DNA from: Rhodosorus marinus CCMP1338
Lineage: Eukaryota; Plantae; Rhodophyta
Length of the DNA stretch: 64,000 nt
Direction: 5' to 3'
Assembly (NCBI GenBank): GCA_029953675.1
Contig: JAMWBK010000005.1
Coordinates: 1,922,001-1,986,000, forward strand
Shown: one piece after another, positions 13,998-27,148 of the stretch
Position numbering within the stretch: position 1 is the first letter of the stretch
Layout of the letters: each line of letters opens with the position of its first letter
Position numbers and translations under genes: made by a program
The notes under the pieces: model-generated
What the model saw: only the letters and a program-made list of their open reading frames with translations
What the model was told of the DNA's origin: nothing
Databases searched by the model: none

Positions 13998-15006
13998 ATG
14001 AGTCACGCATGGAACGCTGTGGATAAGGCAGTTGGACTCAAAGTGAAACTCACCACAGTTGACGGAGGAGACGTAGAGGGTACGAGGAACGCAGATCGTA
14101 TCAGTTTTGATTAGATCATAGAATTCTGTGGTTTGGAAAACTTGAAGCGATGCAAAGGAGTTTTGTTTTGTTGTCTAACAACGTATGGCTGTTATTGCGC
14201 TTTCTTGCGATCTAGGTTACTTGTTCACATTCGACTCGAAACTGAACACACTCGTGATTCAGGAGGTAGTCAGCACGGATCCGAAGAAGTACAACATCAG
14301 AATGTTAAAAGCTAGCGCAGTGACAAAGGTGTCCGTGCTTCCCGGAGATGCTGAGGTAAGAGCTCCCGGGGAAACCAGATCGTTATTCCGGGCAAGTTCC
14401 GAGCAAGACTAGCGAATACTGTGTTTTGGGAACACCTGGTACGAAGAGGCGCCATAAGGCTTCTGAACAGCTTTCGATGTTTGTGTTTACGGTCTTGGCA
14501 GGAGTCCAAAGCAGTGAGCATTAATAGACTTCCACCTATAAACTGGGCAAAGATTCGAGCGAAGGAAGCACAGGCCATAGACAGGATCAAAGACGAGCAT
14601 ATTAGATCACCAGAAGGCGTGGCCATATTCGCAGCCTTGCTGAAAACGTAGGAATGCTCACCATGCTTTCCTGTTTGTTTTTGCGGGTGGGACTAATCGC
14701 AATTGGCTTTGTCCTCGTAGGTACCCCTGCGTCTGGGACAACGATGACATCATTGTCATGGAGTCGATAAAACTCTCTCCCCCGTACGGTCCGGACAACC
14801 TTTCGTAAGAAACCTGAAATGCACTGGTCCTTCTTCCCCTAGTTGAGCATCACGCTCATCCTCTTTGCCCACTTTATCTTCTGGTTAGGAACGGAGGGGA
14901 AATGCTCAATAGTGAAGCTGTCCGACGTGTGCGAAAGCTCCTCGAGAGAGAACACAAGAAACTGAATTTGAAAGGATCTGAAAGTGAACAGGTTCCTGCA
15001 CAGTAG
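13998..15006 (+). CDS. LSM12: LSM12 (LSm fold plus anticodon-binding AD domain), multi-exon
   Basis: VGLKVKLTTVDGGDVEG|YLFTFDSKLNTLVIQ...YNIRMLKASAV, LPPINWAKIRAKEAQAI, SPEGVAIFAALLKT|YPCVWDNDDIIVMESIKLSPPY and AVRRVRKLLERE. TAG at 15004-15006. Confidence 0.87.
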
Positions 15007-16439
15007 ATCTAAACCATCGGGCCATGTGACGATGAAGGTTATTAAAAATGCGGACCGTTCTCGATCGAAAGCATAACGTGAGTTTGGCGCACAGTATAAG
15101 ACCATCGACTCATTTTGCAGAATCTCAATGTGCCAGGCCATACCAAAGAGACCAAGTACGACTTACAGAACGAGCCCACCGATGTCAATGCGATGTAAAT
15201 CCAACATATGGAAGTATTTGGATTTGTGCCAGTGTTCCAACGAGTAATGCAAGTTTCATGTTCTGCGCTCGTCGGGTGTAGAAAAGCGGAGAAAAATTCT
15301 TACGCTGAGCCACCACACTATCCTAGCAAAGTATGGAGGTGCGGACAGTCTCATGAGCTGCACTGGGAATCCGCCTCCCCGATTGGAGGCTTGTAATGCA
15401 AGAAGTCTTATGAGCTGGCATGCAGGCCGCGATGTGGACATTTGAGAAGCCCCGATCTCCATGCCCAGGTCACAATAGTTGCCGATAGCGGCATAACTTG
15501 CCAAGCCCAAGTTACTGCTGAAGGCGAGTGAGAGTGTGGGAAGCTTTTTTTTTATCTAGTCCTCTCCCATATTGCACACGGTATTCTGAGTGTGAGTCAC
15601 GGCAGAGATTCCACCTAGGTCGCACACAAGCACCCCTTCAACAGAGATCCCCATGCAAGGGAAGGAACCGCTGTCCAAGAGAGCGCCTGTCATCCTGAAC
15701 TCCGTTTTATATTGATAGAATATAAACGTTTCAAAACAAATTAAAAAAAATAAAAGGGATCCAAAAACAATCAATTTACATATTGAACCAACCATTAACC
15801 TCTAAGTCCTTGACATTGATTGCAAACCCAATTTCTTTTTTCCATTTGTGCCCCTGATTAAATTCAGCTCGAGTTCAATCAATATTCTTCCAATCCAAAC
15901 CTCTTTGGAAATTATAGACTGCATCAGTTAATAAATAAACATATTACACTCTTATCAAACCATTTAATAGAACAAAACAAAGGTATACAATCCATTAAAA
16001 CAAAATACCATATATTATTTATTCTATTGAAATATATATGTAGGCAATATACGTTATTTTATAAGCCTTTGGCTGACAGTAGGCATTTAAATATTGGAAA
16101 ATATGAATGGCTACTGATAAAAAGAGAAGAAATTTTCATGGTGTGGTGAGTTGGCTGGGGGTGAGGTGTCCCTCACTAAAAGCTTATTTGGGGGAAAAAG
16201 GAGGATAGTGGGGTGGAATAGTTCCTTTTGGATGAAGAGGGTAACTGTTTAGGTGGCTATATAAATGTTAACCAAAGTTGGATGGGTTTGTTGGATGCGT
16301 AGTTGAGGAATGAAGCGAGTTTTATGAGTTGGCTAGGTTGAGGTATTCTGGTTTGTGGATTTTTTTGGTGGGGGAGGAGAGGGGGTTGGTTCAAGAGGTT
16401 GTGTATTTTGGAAAAGGGTTTTGGTCAGTGTAAAAGAAG

Positions 16440-17151
16440 ATGTCGGATTTTACGGCGTTGAATGTGAGCGAGGAGAAGCAAGAGGAGGAGGTTGGTGGAG
16501 GCGACATGGTCATGGGCTCTGATCGGGATTTAACTGGTGGACGGCTTTCCTTGGGAAGCTGGGGTTCGAATAGTATTCTGGAAACGGTTCAAAACAGTGT
16601 GAAGAGCGTCTTTGCCGACTCGAAACCATGGGGAGAGTTTGCAAACACGAAGAACATGTCAATGCCTTCTTTTTCGGACTTGAGGGACAGAATAATAGAG
16701 AATTTCAAGTACTACAAGTCGAATTATGTTGTCATTCTTCTTGTGCTTTCTGCGTTTGCTATTCTTAGCAACCCGCTGTCCCTGTTGGGACTCGCTATGG
16801 TTGCCGTAGGCTATTTTTATATGTTCATGTACAGTCAATCTAACTTGAAGGTATCTTGTTCCAGGAGTTGAAGAGTCCTTTCACAAATATCCAGATGGTA
16901 TAAGACATTCCTGACTAAGAATTCTCGCTTGTCCGTTTGCCTAGATTGCGGGTGTTGAACTCGACACGTCCCAGAAGAAGACTATCGCGCTCGTTCTGTT
17001 CGGATGTGTGGTTTTCTGGGTGACTGGAGCGGGAGCAACTTTCTCCACGCTCCTCACCACTGTCGGAATTTTCGGAGGACTGCACGCCGCCCTGAAAAGA
17101 AGCCCCAATGAGGCGGACTTTGAGACCTCATTCTCGCCGTCCGCGGTTTAA
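16440..17151 (+). CDS. PRA1: PRA1 (prenylated Rab acceptor) family membrane protein, 2 exons
   Basis: KPWGEF, RIIENFKYYKSNYVVILL...NPLSLL, and a hydrophobic second exon ending GLHAALKRSPNEADFETSFSPSAV*. Confidence 0.9.
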
Positions 17152-18765
17152 AGTAAACTATAAAACTTGATTTTGTTGCCTAGCCTGAAGTTGTAGTTCC
17201 TACCTCAAAATTGTTCCTTTGCGAGTGCGTCCGAGCGTCTTCTTTTAGTCGACTATCTGGACAAGCTCCGAACCCTGATAAGGAAACCACAGAGCCGTGA
17301 AGGAATCCCGATGCATCTTTAGGAGTCTCGGACAGAGCCGTGGACTCTCATGTCAAGGGTGAAACGTCCTCGACTGACGATTCAGGTTCCGGGTAAGCGT
17401 CCGGGTTCTTCAGTTCGTTCATCAGGGCACCATTGGGAGCGACTTCCTAAAAATGGAAGTCGCTTCCCGGATAGCCTGGGCTAGTCGTATGTGGCACAAC
17501 GTAAGCTTTCCAAGTGAAGCGACCCGTTCCAAATTGTAGATTTACTTGGACGCTTGCCAGGATCTCGATATGTCTGCTTCCTCCACTCGACCGGCCAGTA
17601 TGCGCTTTGGAGATCCATATCAGCGTTCATCACACCGGTTGGACTTTATGAGTGGTTGGTTATGCCAATTTGGTCTGACCAATGTCGGTCAGCTTCGTAC
17701 GGCTGTAGAACCCTATCTTTTTGCTGCTGAACCTGTCTTGTCAGGAGATGACACAGGGCTCACCGCAGAAGGCAGTCCGTCGCGTTTCCATTCTGTGCGT
17801 AGGTCCGTCGCGATTCAATGAGACAACGTCGGTCCACAATCTGCGAATGAAGGGGATTGCCTGACATAGTTCGTTGAAGGTAGAGTCCCAAGTACGGGTG
17901 GGCCAGAATCAAGAACCTTCGTCATTTGATTTCGAACTGGTTCGAGAACAGCTCCGTTTTCCCAATTGCGCAACCTCAAAGTTGGACGCCGTAAATAAAC
18001 ATTGATTGACATGCGCGTTGTGAACAACCCAGTTTGTAAACGCTCAACGTCTGGGAAGGAAGGTACCACAGACAGCTTTCGTTGTTTGGCTTCTCTTGAG
18101 GCTGTGGCTGTGCCGTCCAAGCATCCCACATGACACGCTTACCGAAAAGTCAGGACGGAACGTCCCAACCGGACAGGGAAGTGGAGCAAGAGGGAGGAGG
18201 AATCCTCTCCAATCCCGTCGTGATGGTTATCTAGTATGAACCACCTCCGCCAGATGAACTATTTGTGGGTGTGAAAGTGAAAGTCCACCGAAGCTCGCAT
18301 CATCAGTCTTATCCGCTGCATGTGATGATAACGATCGGTCTGCCCGTGCAGTAGCGGGTCATCCCCACGGAGGAGATCAGGTGATATTAGCAAACTACGG
18401 GCGTTTAGAGTTCCCTAGGAAGAAGACAGAAATTGCCAAAGAATTGAGAAGGGAATACCGCGAAAGAACAGAGTTTCTTTGGGTGTGAATCTTGATAGCC
18501 GGTTTAATCCTAGCGCATGGTTTGTACTGCCTTTGCCATAGACTCAGTGGGTTTTATCCCGGAGATCTTCTAGGATGGTTTCATCCCGGTCTTGGTCAAA
18601 TTCCTTGTACTTTTAGAGCAGGATATTTTCCACCCCAAGCTCAACCGGCCAGAGCAAAGCCTCGGCGATGGAACCACGCGAGCCGTCCCATTTTTCCCCT
18701 TGGAACAAATTCGATTTAAAATGACTGACTGGCTATTTCAGTCATTTTCGTGATTCAGTCAAGAA

Positions 18766-19564
18766 ATGGATTGTGGGTGGAAAGAGGGTCGACAGTGACG
18801 CTGGATAGAGCTGCGGCTGTGCGAGGGCCGTAGGCACTGAAACCATAGTGAAGGAGATCTTTGCTCCGCGTTAAAAATGACTCAATTGTTTGATCTGTTT
18901 TCTACCAGCTGGTGAGTACGCCAAGCCTCGACCTTGGCTGAATCCTGCTTGGGCCTTTTCTGGGGTGCGGGTCGGATTCTATACTGAAACAGTGCGCCGT
19001 ACGTTTTTGGATTTCCTTGCGGATAGGACTCCTATTCTTGTTGCCCTGGGTCTTGGTATTATCACACTGGTGCTTACAAAGGCACTGCTGAGCAAGCAGC
19101 AGGAAAATCCTACGGCGCAAGCGAAGATGTCAGAAAAAGCACCCTTGGAAAAGAGAGACATGAAGGCTAAGGTGCGAATCTCCGAATGCTGATGTCGAGT
19201 TTGGGTTTGTTAGGCTTGCTATATTTTCAATCAACTGAGTTCGTTCTACGTGCTCTTTTGGCAGGAACTGGCCCAGTACAATGGAACGGATCGACCGGAG
19301 ATTTACATCGCCGTGACTAGCATCATGGACGGTAAAACGTCAATATTTGATATGACGTCCGCGAAGGATTTCTACGGACCCGGCGGCCCATACGGACTGT
19401 TCGCGGGTAAAAATGCGAGCCACGGGCTCGCTAAATCGTCCCTTGACGAGAAGGAGGTTGTAGGAGACGTCAACACTCTTTCTGACGCCGAAAAAGACAC
19501 ACTCCATGGCTGGTACATGAAGTATGTATCTAAATACCCTGAAGTAGGAACTCTGATTGATTAA
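18766..19564 (+). CDS. Membrane steroid-binding protein (MAPR/Dap1/PGRMC-like cytochrome b5 heme-binding domain)
   Basis: N-terminal transmembrane segment ILVALGLGIITLVL, then ELAQYNGTD...IFDMTSAKDFYGPGGPYGLFAGKNASHGLAKSSL...DTLHGW...KYPEVG. The start at ATG 18766 is inferred from splice phase. Confidence 0.9.
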
Positions 19565-22184
19565 ACATAACCTCTGTCAGCTATCCTCTTGATGTCTCTC
19601 TCTTAACTCTGTTCTTGAAGGAAATCAGCGGCCATGAATCGCCTTGGGCTGTTCAGGAATCATAGCGCTTGCTCTTCCTGGATCAGTGTGGCGTATTGTC
19701 CTCAGCTGACGTTGAAAAACATTGATTTCACCTGCTTTTTTTGAAGCTCTTTCCACGCTAGACGCATCCACAACATTTGTGGACGCGCCAGCTGGCCTCC
19801 GGAAATGTGAGTGGGCTAGCTTTATACTATTCAAAGTACTTCAGACCGTTCTGTGAAGTAAGATGGTCTCGATGAATTGGTCTTCGCGCGCTTCCAAGAC
19901 CGGTTCCGTTCGTTTGCCATGAGCCGTGAGTGACAAGCAATCTCTTAGGGTCCAGTATCAGATCTATACATGCAGTCCCTTTGAATATGGTTCGCCGTCT
20001 CGGAACACTGTTGGTGGAAATACGTGAGGAAGAGCCGCCCTCGCGTCTGCTGTTTCCTCTCCTAGTAGTTATTCTTGTTGTTCAGGTTGACACCCGTAGC
20101 CAGAAATTCGGCAGTTGAGGGCTCTGTTTCAGAACGGTCATCCCGTCCATGAACTTGCTCTACCTGCCTACGTGCGAGCCTCCCCACGCTCAGCTGTAGC
20201 AGCCCTGTCGGAGGGTTCCGTGGCTTACCATTTTAACTAGTAGCAGTAAAAGAAACCTCATGCCCAGCCCCTATACAGGTCACCAGTGCGATAGTAGTAC
20301 TGCATCACGGTTTAGTGCTGTGATCCGCAACAGTTGATCTCATGGGGTGTGCACGGACCCCATATTAGATGAGCATTTGAACCCCGTACAGCCATATTAG
20401 AAAGCATCTTCGTACCCTACGAATCTCGGAGTTCACACATAGAACAGCCAGACCATAGAAAGGTCCCGGGGTTTTTCATTGCTTTCTGTGCACCTCTGAT
20501 GCTATGTATTGACGGTGCTTGGAAGGGGCTTGGATATGCGACTGGGGACTGAGGGTTTGTCCAACCTTCAAAATAAACGCAAACGAGCACCGCTAGGGTT
20601 GCACCTTTGTAACATTCAAGTCCTTGCACTGGCCCGCAATTTGATCAATTTATTTCTAAGAAACCTCATCTTAAAAAAACCAAATCTCCTCTGCACAATG
20701 TTCCGCATTTACAGACGGGTAAACCAGTTTACCTAAGATGTTGTTGGGGGGCAGATCACGACCAAGGCAATTCAATCGTAGAGCCCATCAACAGGGGTCT
20801 TGAACTAGAGAGATGTCGGAGCGCAGGAATCTACGCGCAGGACAAAACTTCAGGATTAATAACCTCCTAACGCTACGGATTTTCAAGTAAACCTGTGGGA
20901 TCCACGCCGAAATAGAACCCTCGTCCCCAAGATCTCTTAAGCGAACGAACATTAGACCGGGCCCAGTCATTTTTACAGGACTGCTGTGTGAAACAATACT
21001 GACACTACCGCGGCGAGTTACATGCTCCAATGGAAACCCAGGGCATCCCTCATCCATTGCATTGAAACCTACAAAGGGGTATTTGTACCAGAGCTTCACC
21101 CGCAAACCTCAAGAAGGTCAATCGCAGAATGAAACCAATACAGAAACACAATTATGTATATTAAAATAATTTAGGAGGGGCAAACTGTCCTTGAATAATA
21201 TATCGAATTTTCATTTCGATACTCCAAATTAGAAGTATGAGCCTAGTGATAGGGGTTTGTAGCACAATCTTAATATCCGATATCATAGTAAATTCGTATT
21301 AATATCGAATAAAATGTCGGCAACTGTTAGTATCTTGCCCACCCTCATCAATAAGCACTAACAGGAACCATTGGAACCAATAGGAAGCAATCATATCTCA
21401 TGAATCAATCCCAGGATCCTAAATATCAAAAATAAATTCGGTCATTATCAGCCATCGCATTTCACATTTCAGGCCATTCATCCGTTGCCGTGATAAACAA
21501 TATTCTATTTGAATAATAAAAACTTATTATACCATATAAACGCTCACATACACAGATATTCGATCTCGATGCACAGAAGAAAAGTCGTACATCCATATGT
21601 CGTTGGGGTAAATCAATTTCGTAGAAATTTCCTTTTGACTTTACCCCTCTTTTAATATATCAATATTTAAAATTAATTTGTAAACTAACATAGAAAAATT
21701 GAATATTAGGAATGGATAAAAAATTATTTGAAAGGGGTGTGAGATATCGGTGATAAGAAAATTGGCTCTATTTCTTGTGGGCCAATGTCACTGGTGAGGG
21801 TGTGTGTGTCATCTGTCAGGACGGTTGAACGATCATGTGGAGAGGCTTCTTAGAAGTCTGCCTGAATGTGGTGGAAGGCGGATGGTGGAGGTGATATGAA
21901 ACAGCTTGATTGATGTATTTTCTCTGAGGTATTTCTGAAGGTTTTCTTGGGGGGGTGGGTAGAGTTGAGGGGACTGTGTGTGGGAGGTGGGGGTGGGGGA
22001 CAGCGACAGAGAGGATATGAACTAATGGTTTTAAGTAGGAGTGAGGGCGGTTGGTTTTTTTTTTTGGTAGCGTTTGGGAGGTGGGTGGGTGGGAAGGGGT
22101 TGTGGAGATGATCTGAGGTTGGAAATAGATGGAGGAATGGGTAAGTGTTAGACTCGCTGTGTCTGGATGGGGGAGGGAGTGTGG

Positions 22185-22897
22185 ATGAGTCAAGAGATTG
22201 AGAGTGGTGAGCTTGATGCCCTACTGCCGGAGGGCACTGTTGTACGAATCGCTGGGAATAATCGAACGAAATGGTGCGTCCCGACTAGTTGCTGCACGTT
22301 TTGCTGTTGTTTTACCTGCGTGCTCGATAGGCCTGTTCTCCTGACGTTGTCTCATGTTGCTCCAATTGTTCCGGACAGGGATTTGGTGGGGAAGAAGGGT
22401 GTTGTTAGAAACGCCCAGACCCTCGGGGGATGGCATGAAGTCGTTTTGGAGGTAGGTTCAGTCCCAAGCGAGAACACAATCTGGTAGGTGAAGCACTCTG
22501 CGGGGATGTATTCACAATCCTCACTTGTACTTCCACGTCTCACCAGGGATCAACGTCTGCAGTGCGAGTGCAGAGAAACGCCTTGGAGATCATTGCCATA
22601 ATTCCGCACTCAAAGGTGAAGCTCGCAGGCTCTCTCCAAGGCATCAAGTCCGGAGACCAATCTAGCATCACGAAGCGAAGAAAAAAGAAGCAGTCTCCCC
22701 CGATGGCTGTAAACCTTGGGAAGCTCGACGAGGACACCCTTCGTCGGTATCGGAGATATTTCAATCTCAATGTAAGGAAGGACTGCGAGAAGGACGAGTT
22801 AGTATTTGCAGTGAGGCGACACTTTGCCAGAACCAAAGTCGACGAGTCAGACGTTATTTTTCGATTCCTTACGCGGATCGGGAAATTTCCAGAGTAG
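22185..22897 (+). CDS. SAP30: SAP30 function-related protein (plant AFR1/AFR2 type; Sin3/HDAC complex), 3 exons
   Basis: N-domain LPEGTVVRIAGNNRTK|DLVGKKGVVRNAQTLGGWHEVVLE|...VRVQRNALEII matches the Arabidopsis AFR N-domain (TGNNRTK...GLGGWH...LQRNAL). C-terminal Sin3-binding domain VNLGKLDEDTLRRYRRYFNL...LVFAVRRHF...VDESDVIFRFL. Confidence 0.85.
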
Positions 22898-23218
22898 CCG
22901 GTAGCCACTTGCGTTTCATACACAAGCAAAGGTCCTGAAACAAAAAAAATGTTTCCTGGCGTAAACGAAGGAAACCTGTATGTAGAATTTTTTTTATCAC
23001 TATTAATGCGAATAAACGAATGATTGCTGCTGTAAAATTGCCGAGTAACTCCCTATACAAACAGGCGTTTGGTGGCCCGAATCCTCTAGCATTCGCTCCC
23101 ACGAACCTGCCCAGTGAGTGACTAGACCCACACACTTTCTGCTCTCATTGCTCGGTGATCCTACTGCAGACTTCCCATCTAGTAAAACGAGTACAAAGTC
23201 TATATATCCCCAACTACG

Positions 23219-26150
23219 CTAATTCCCCGTGTCCGCTTGGGGCTCTACATTTTCTGGGGGTTTATGGTCAGAGAAGATACCTTCCGTGGGGATGTCGGCG
23301 GGATTGCGAGTCCCCCTCCCCGAGTATCCGCTCTTGGAGATCCGAAACTCGTCGACCACCATTTCAATAAGCTCAGGGCGAGTTGCTTTCGTTATGACGA
23401 AGACCTCCTGAATGCTCGAAGCCTGCCTTGCAATTATTTTGAAGCCAGTCTCTGTCTTGACTGTCACTCTTAGCCTCAGCCCTGGCGAGTTGGACCTTGA
23501 TGAGGTAAGCTCTGCAGGAACAATGCCGATGATGCTCTGCAAAGCAAGGAGATAAACAATACGTTAGGGACTCCCGGCAACCTTAGAAGGCGACAGCGAA
23601 CCCGTGCACCGTTTCATGTTGAATGCGCCCACCTCATGCCTACAAAGTCTGTTTAAAACCCGAAGCAACCCTTTTAGATTGGATGAGTGGTTGACAACGA
23701 GCTTCTCGGACTTCTTCATTCGTGGCCGACGCTGGCGGAGTTCGTGAGGTCCTATTGTCAATGATTTGTTATCGCGATTGCCTAAAGGAAGAGGGGAGGA
23801 TTATGTCAGCTCTTTCGGAGTGAAGCAGTTGAACATGTTGGTAGCATTGGAAGATTGTATGCGAGTACTCATACCTCCGCGCTTTTTTCTCTTCGGCTTT
23901 CGCGGTGGGCCTTTTAGCAGATCCTCAACCGTCATATCCTTCTTGGCCTCATTCTGGGGCTCATTCTCAACACGCATGGGCTTTTCCCTTAGAACCTCCT
24001 CTTCCTCTACTGCTTCAGCAGAATCAGACCCGGAATCGACCAATTCAGCTTCAGGTTCGGGCTCGGGAATTGGTCGGGTAACAGGGGCATGGAGTTCTAG
24101 GTTTGCAGGTTCTTGCCGTTGCTCGAGGCGCTCCCGCAGAGCAACAAGTAACTCATCAGCGTGTCCAGTGTTCGCTGAGACGTCATTCCATTTCTGGAGG
24201 ATCCTGGCCCGAGCGGGAGCTTCCTCGAAGTCAAAACCATCAGCATCTTCTTCATGGTCATCCCTAAAAGACGTTGTAGGTAAAGAAGCCGCTTCATTAG
24301 AGCTCCTCTCGCTGAAGAAAGAGTATCTAAGAACTACCTAAATATTGCAGGAATAAAAAGTCCAGGGTGAAGGGTTCCCACCTGATAATCTCCAAGAGAT
24401 AAGTGCACTTCTGACCAAGTTCCTCGAACACCTCGCCGTCCTCGTCCAAATGTAATGGAAATGATAGGTGTTGCTTCTTCAGCAGCTTGTTGAGATTATC
24501 TCCGTTTCCGGTGTAAACGCCTTGGTATTCCACATTGTCGACTACGCTCTAACGTAGCACAAACGAACGCCCATTTGCTTGTGAAAATTATGCATGGGAT
24601 CGCCAGCCACAACGATTGCAACTTACCCTAGAGCTGATTTCTGCGAGGACCTTAACCCATTCCGCGGTTGGACTTCCGGGTGCTAGGCAAATAACGAGTA
24701 ACGGGGTCTCGACGCTCCAAAACATAGCAGAGCTGACTTCGTCTCCTACGCTGAGTCTGCTTGTATACCTGGAAAAAAGCAAGTCGCAGAGACTTAGGCT
24801 ACATGACTCGTCGGCTACGGGGGGCCAGGGACGACTATGACAAGGTAAGGTGCACTCCTTTCTGCTTACTTTCCGGATGACGGTGACCTCAAAATCGGCA
24901 GCTCTTCATCTTTTTGTTTCAATTCAGGTCCAGGCGCTTCTACCAACACCTCGGGAACAGTCAAAGGCTTTCCCACTGGTGCACGAATTGTTGGCTGTCC
25001 GGCAGAGGCCGGCTTCGGCAAGCTGTCCATCTCTGAGAGTTGTTTCATTTCAGCAAGCAATACATCGGCAAGGCCCTGGCCAGCTGCGACATCTGACCAA
25101 ATCCCCTTCACCGTCCACGTTGCGGCTTCGTTTCCCCTAGACAACCCAAGAATAGCGGAAGCACAGATTGTTAACTCTCTAAACTACAAACAGGCCGCAT
25201 TTATGTTTAGATCGAGCTTACCCCAATCGATGGAAGAGGTGTACTCTTTTCTGTCCGAAATTTGCCGTCCACTCTGGAGTGCTCACGGAAACCAGAGACA
25301 TTCGGAGAGATCGCTTCTTCTTGACCTTGTCAAGCGCTTTTTGGGTCTCAGTAGTGGCAACACCGACTACGTAAGCTCCGTCAATAGTACAGCGTGAGCT
25401 AACCTCGGTCAAAAAATTGACCCAAGTAGACGAAAGAGCCTGCGAAGCCGGTGCTGAAACGAAGACGATGAACTTGGACTTCAGAAGATCTTGCTCCCCC
25501 ACGATACCCATTCCTTTTAGAGCAACTGCTGAAATTTCATCCTCCTCCTTTATTATCGCGAGTGACGATGCAGATTGTGCATCCGTGAACCCCATATTCC
25601 CGCGATCCTGGGTCCATTCCCGAGCCCCCTCGGACGAAAGCAGCTGATCAAACTCTCTGTAAGTTGGCGTAGCACTGCTCGGGTTTCGAGACGGCCGGCG
25701 TAGTATTTGCGGCTTGAAAGGAGCGGGGTTATCGAACCTCGGGGAGGAAGTGGGCGGCTTCGGCTGGATCGGAGGTGCAGGCTCTTTTGCTGCTTCCGGC
25801 CTAGATGGCGGGCGGCTCATCATTGGTCGTGTTGGTTCTTCCTTCTCCTCATCTTTCAGAGCGTCCGGTTTCCCCGCTAGAAAAGCATCAAACTTTTTGT
25901 ACTGGCTGTCGCTTGCTTCGTCACTTTCCTTCTCAAGTTCGACCCTCTCCACGCTCCGGAAGCCGTTCCGTTTCTTGTTCAGTTTATTCCCTTTTTTTCC
26001 GCCAAGAAGGTGTTCAAATGCTCGGTAAGCAGCCCGATCATCTTCCTCTTCGCACCCCCTGACCGATGTGCGCCGACCATGTAGCTTTGGCCTAGCGGCG
26101 TTACCGGCCGCTACCCCGGCGGGCGGCACAAAACAAAACTCTCTCAACAT
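23219..26150 (-). CDS. Large, probably plastid-targeted protein with a C-terminal DUF2103 domain, 7 exons
   Basis: ATG at 26150 (MLREFCFVPP...). All six junctions were checked by hand and keep frame. The C-terminus KLVVNHSSNLKGLLRVLNRL...IVPAELTSSRSNSPGLRLRVTVKTETGFKIIARQASSIQEVFVIT matches the cyanobacterial DUF2103 pattern. Confidence 0.7.
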
Positions 26151-27148
26151 TAATCAAAGCGGCTGCTCTCCAGACATATCTGGCTGCACAAAACAAACCT
26201 TCGACTTGGGCTTCTCGTCTCACCCCGTTCAACCCTGCTTGACCTGACCACAGCAGACAACCCGCACTTATCCTCAATCCGATGAACCAGTAACCACCCA
26301 GAGCAGAGCGTTACCCAGATTTTAGACGAACTCAATAAAAACGGCCTGCTCTAACCAGGACTTCACCACAGTGATGCTCATGCTCATGGACGAGCCCCTC
26401 CCCCTCTTCGCCAACAGTGAACCACTTTCACGTCCGCATCCTTTGACTCCAGCAAAAGCAAATCCTGCTTCTCAAGCTCAAAAACGCCGAGGGCCGAACA
26501 TCAAGAAATTCAGAATAAATTACCCGGCCCACTAAGTGTGCCATTCATACCTGCATATTGATTGACTTCCAGATTTTTAGTGTTTTGTTGTTATTTTTTG
26601 TTGACAGGATTTTTTTGGCCAGGTTTTTTTTTGAGATCGTGGAGAAATTTGATGGTGCATTGGGGCCTCTGTGGGGTTTAGGGCTGGGGAGGGAGGGGGT
26701 TTGGGTTGATATCTAACTACCCCGGGTGAATGCCCTGAGGATATCTGTCCGATAGGTTAGGAAAGAAGTAGTCTAAACCACTCACGCTAGAATTGCCGCC
26801 AGCTTTTAATAAGTTAGGCCTAGCCAACTCCGAGCTCAGGCGAAGTTGGATACCGAAACCTTAATGGAGGAACAGGTTTTCGGGATTCACAGGGTCCCCA
26901 ATCGGGGTGCTCGATAAGTTTTTGTAGCTGTTATCGATAGCTCGGCATACACGGCCGCGGGACTGAGAGTTTAAGAAGCTTTTACCTTTCAACTCGAAGT
27001 ACGTTAGCTCGCTGGAGCACATAGCTGTTTCTATGCTTATGCCACCAGAGGTTTCCGGAGTGGTTAGAGATGATACAAGTTGCGTCCGAGCTTTATCAAG
27101 ATCTTTCGGACATCGCGAAAAAATTAGTTGGGGTTAAGTCCGCGTTTG

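Noticed and set aside
23766-24341. Long plus-strand ORFs antisense to real exons (also 25714-26028, 28336-28665, 29228-29653, 46137-46568, 61744-62316)
   Set aside because: These are shadow frames of well-supported minus-strand coding exons with no domain signal.
26670-26710. ggggtttagggctgggg, considered as an interstitial telomere repeat
   Set aside because: A single TTTAGGG unit within a G/T-skewed tract, not an array.
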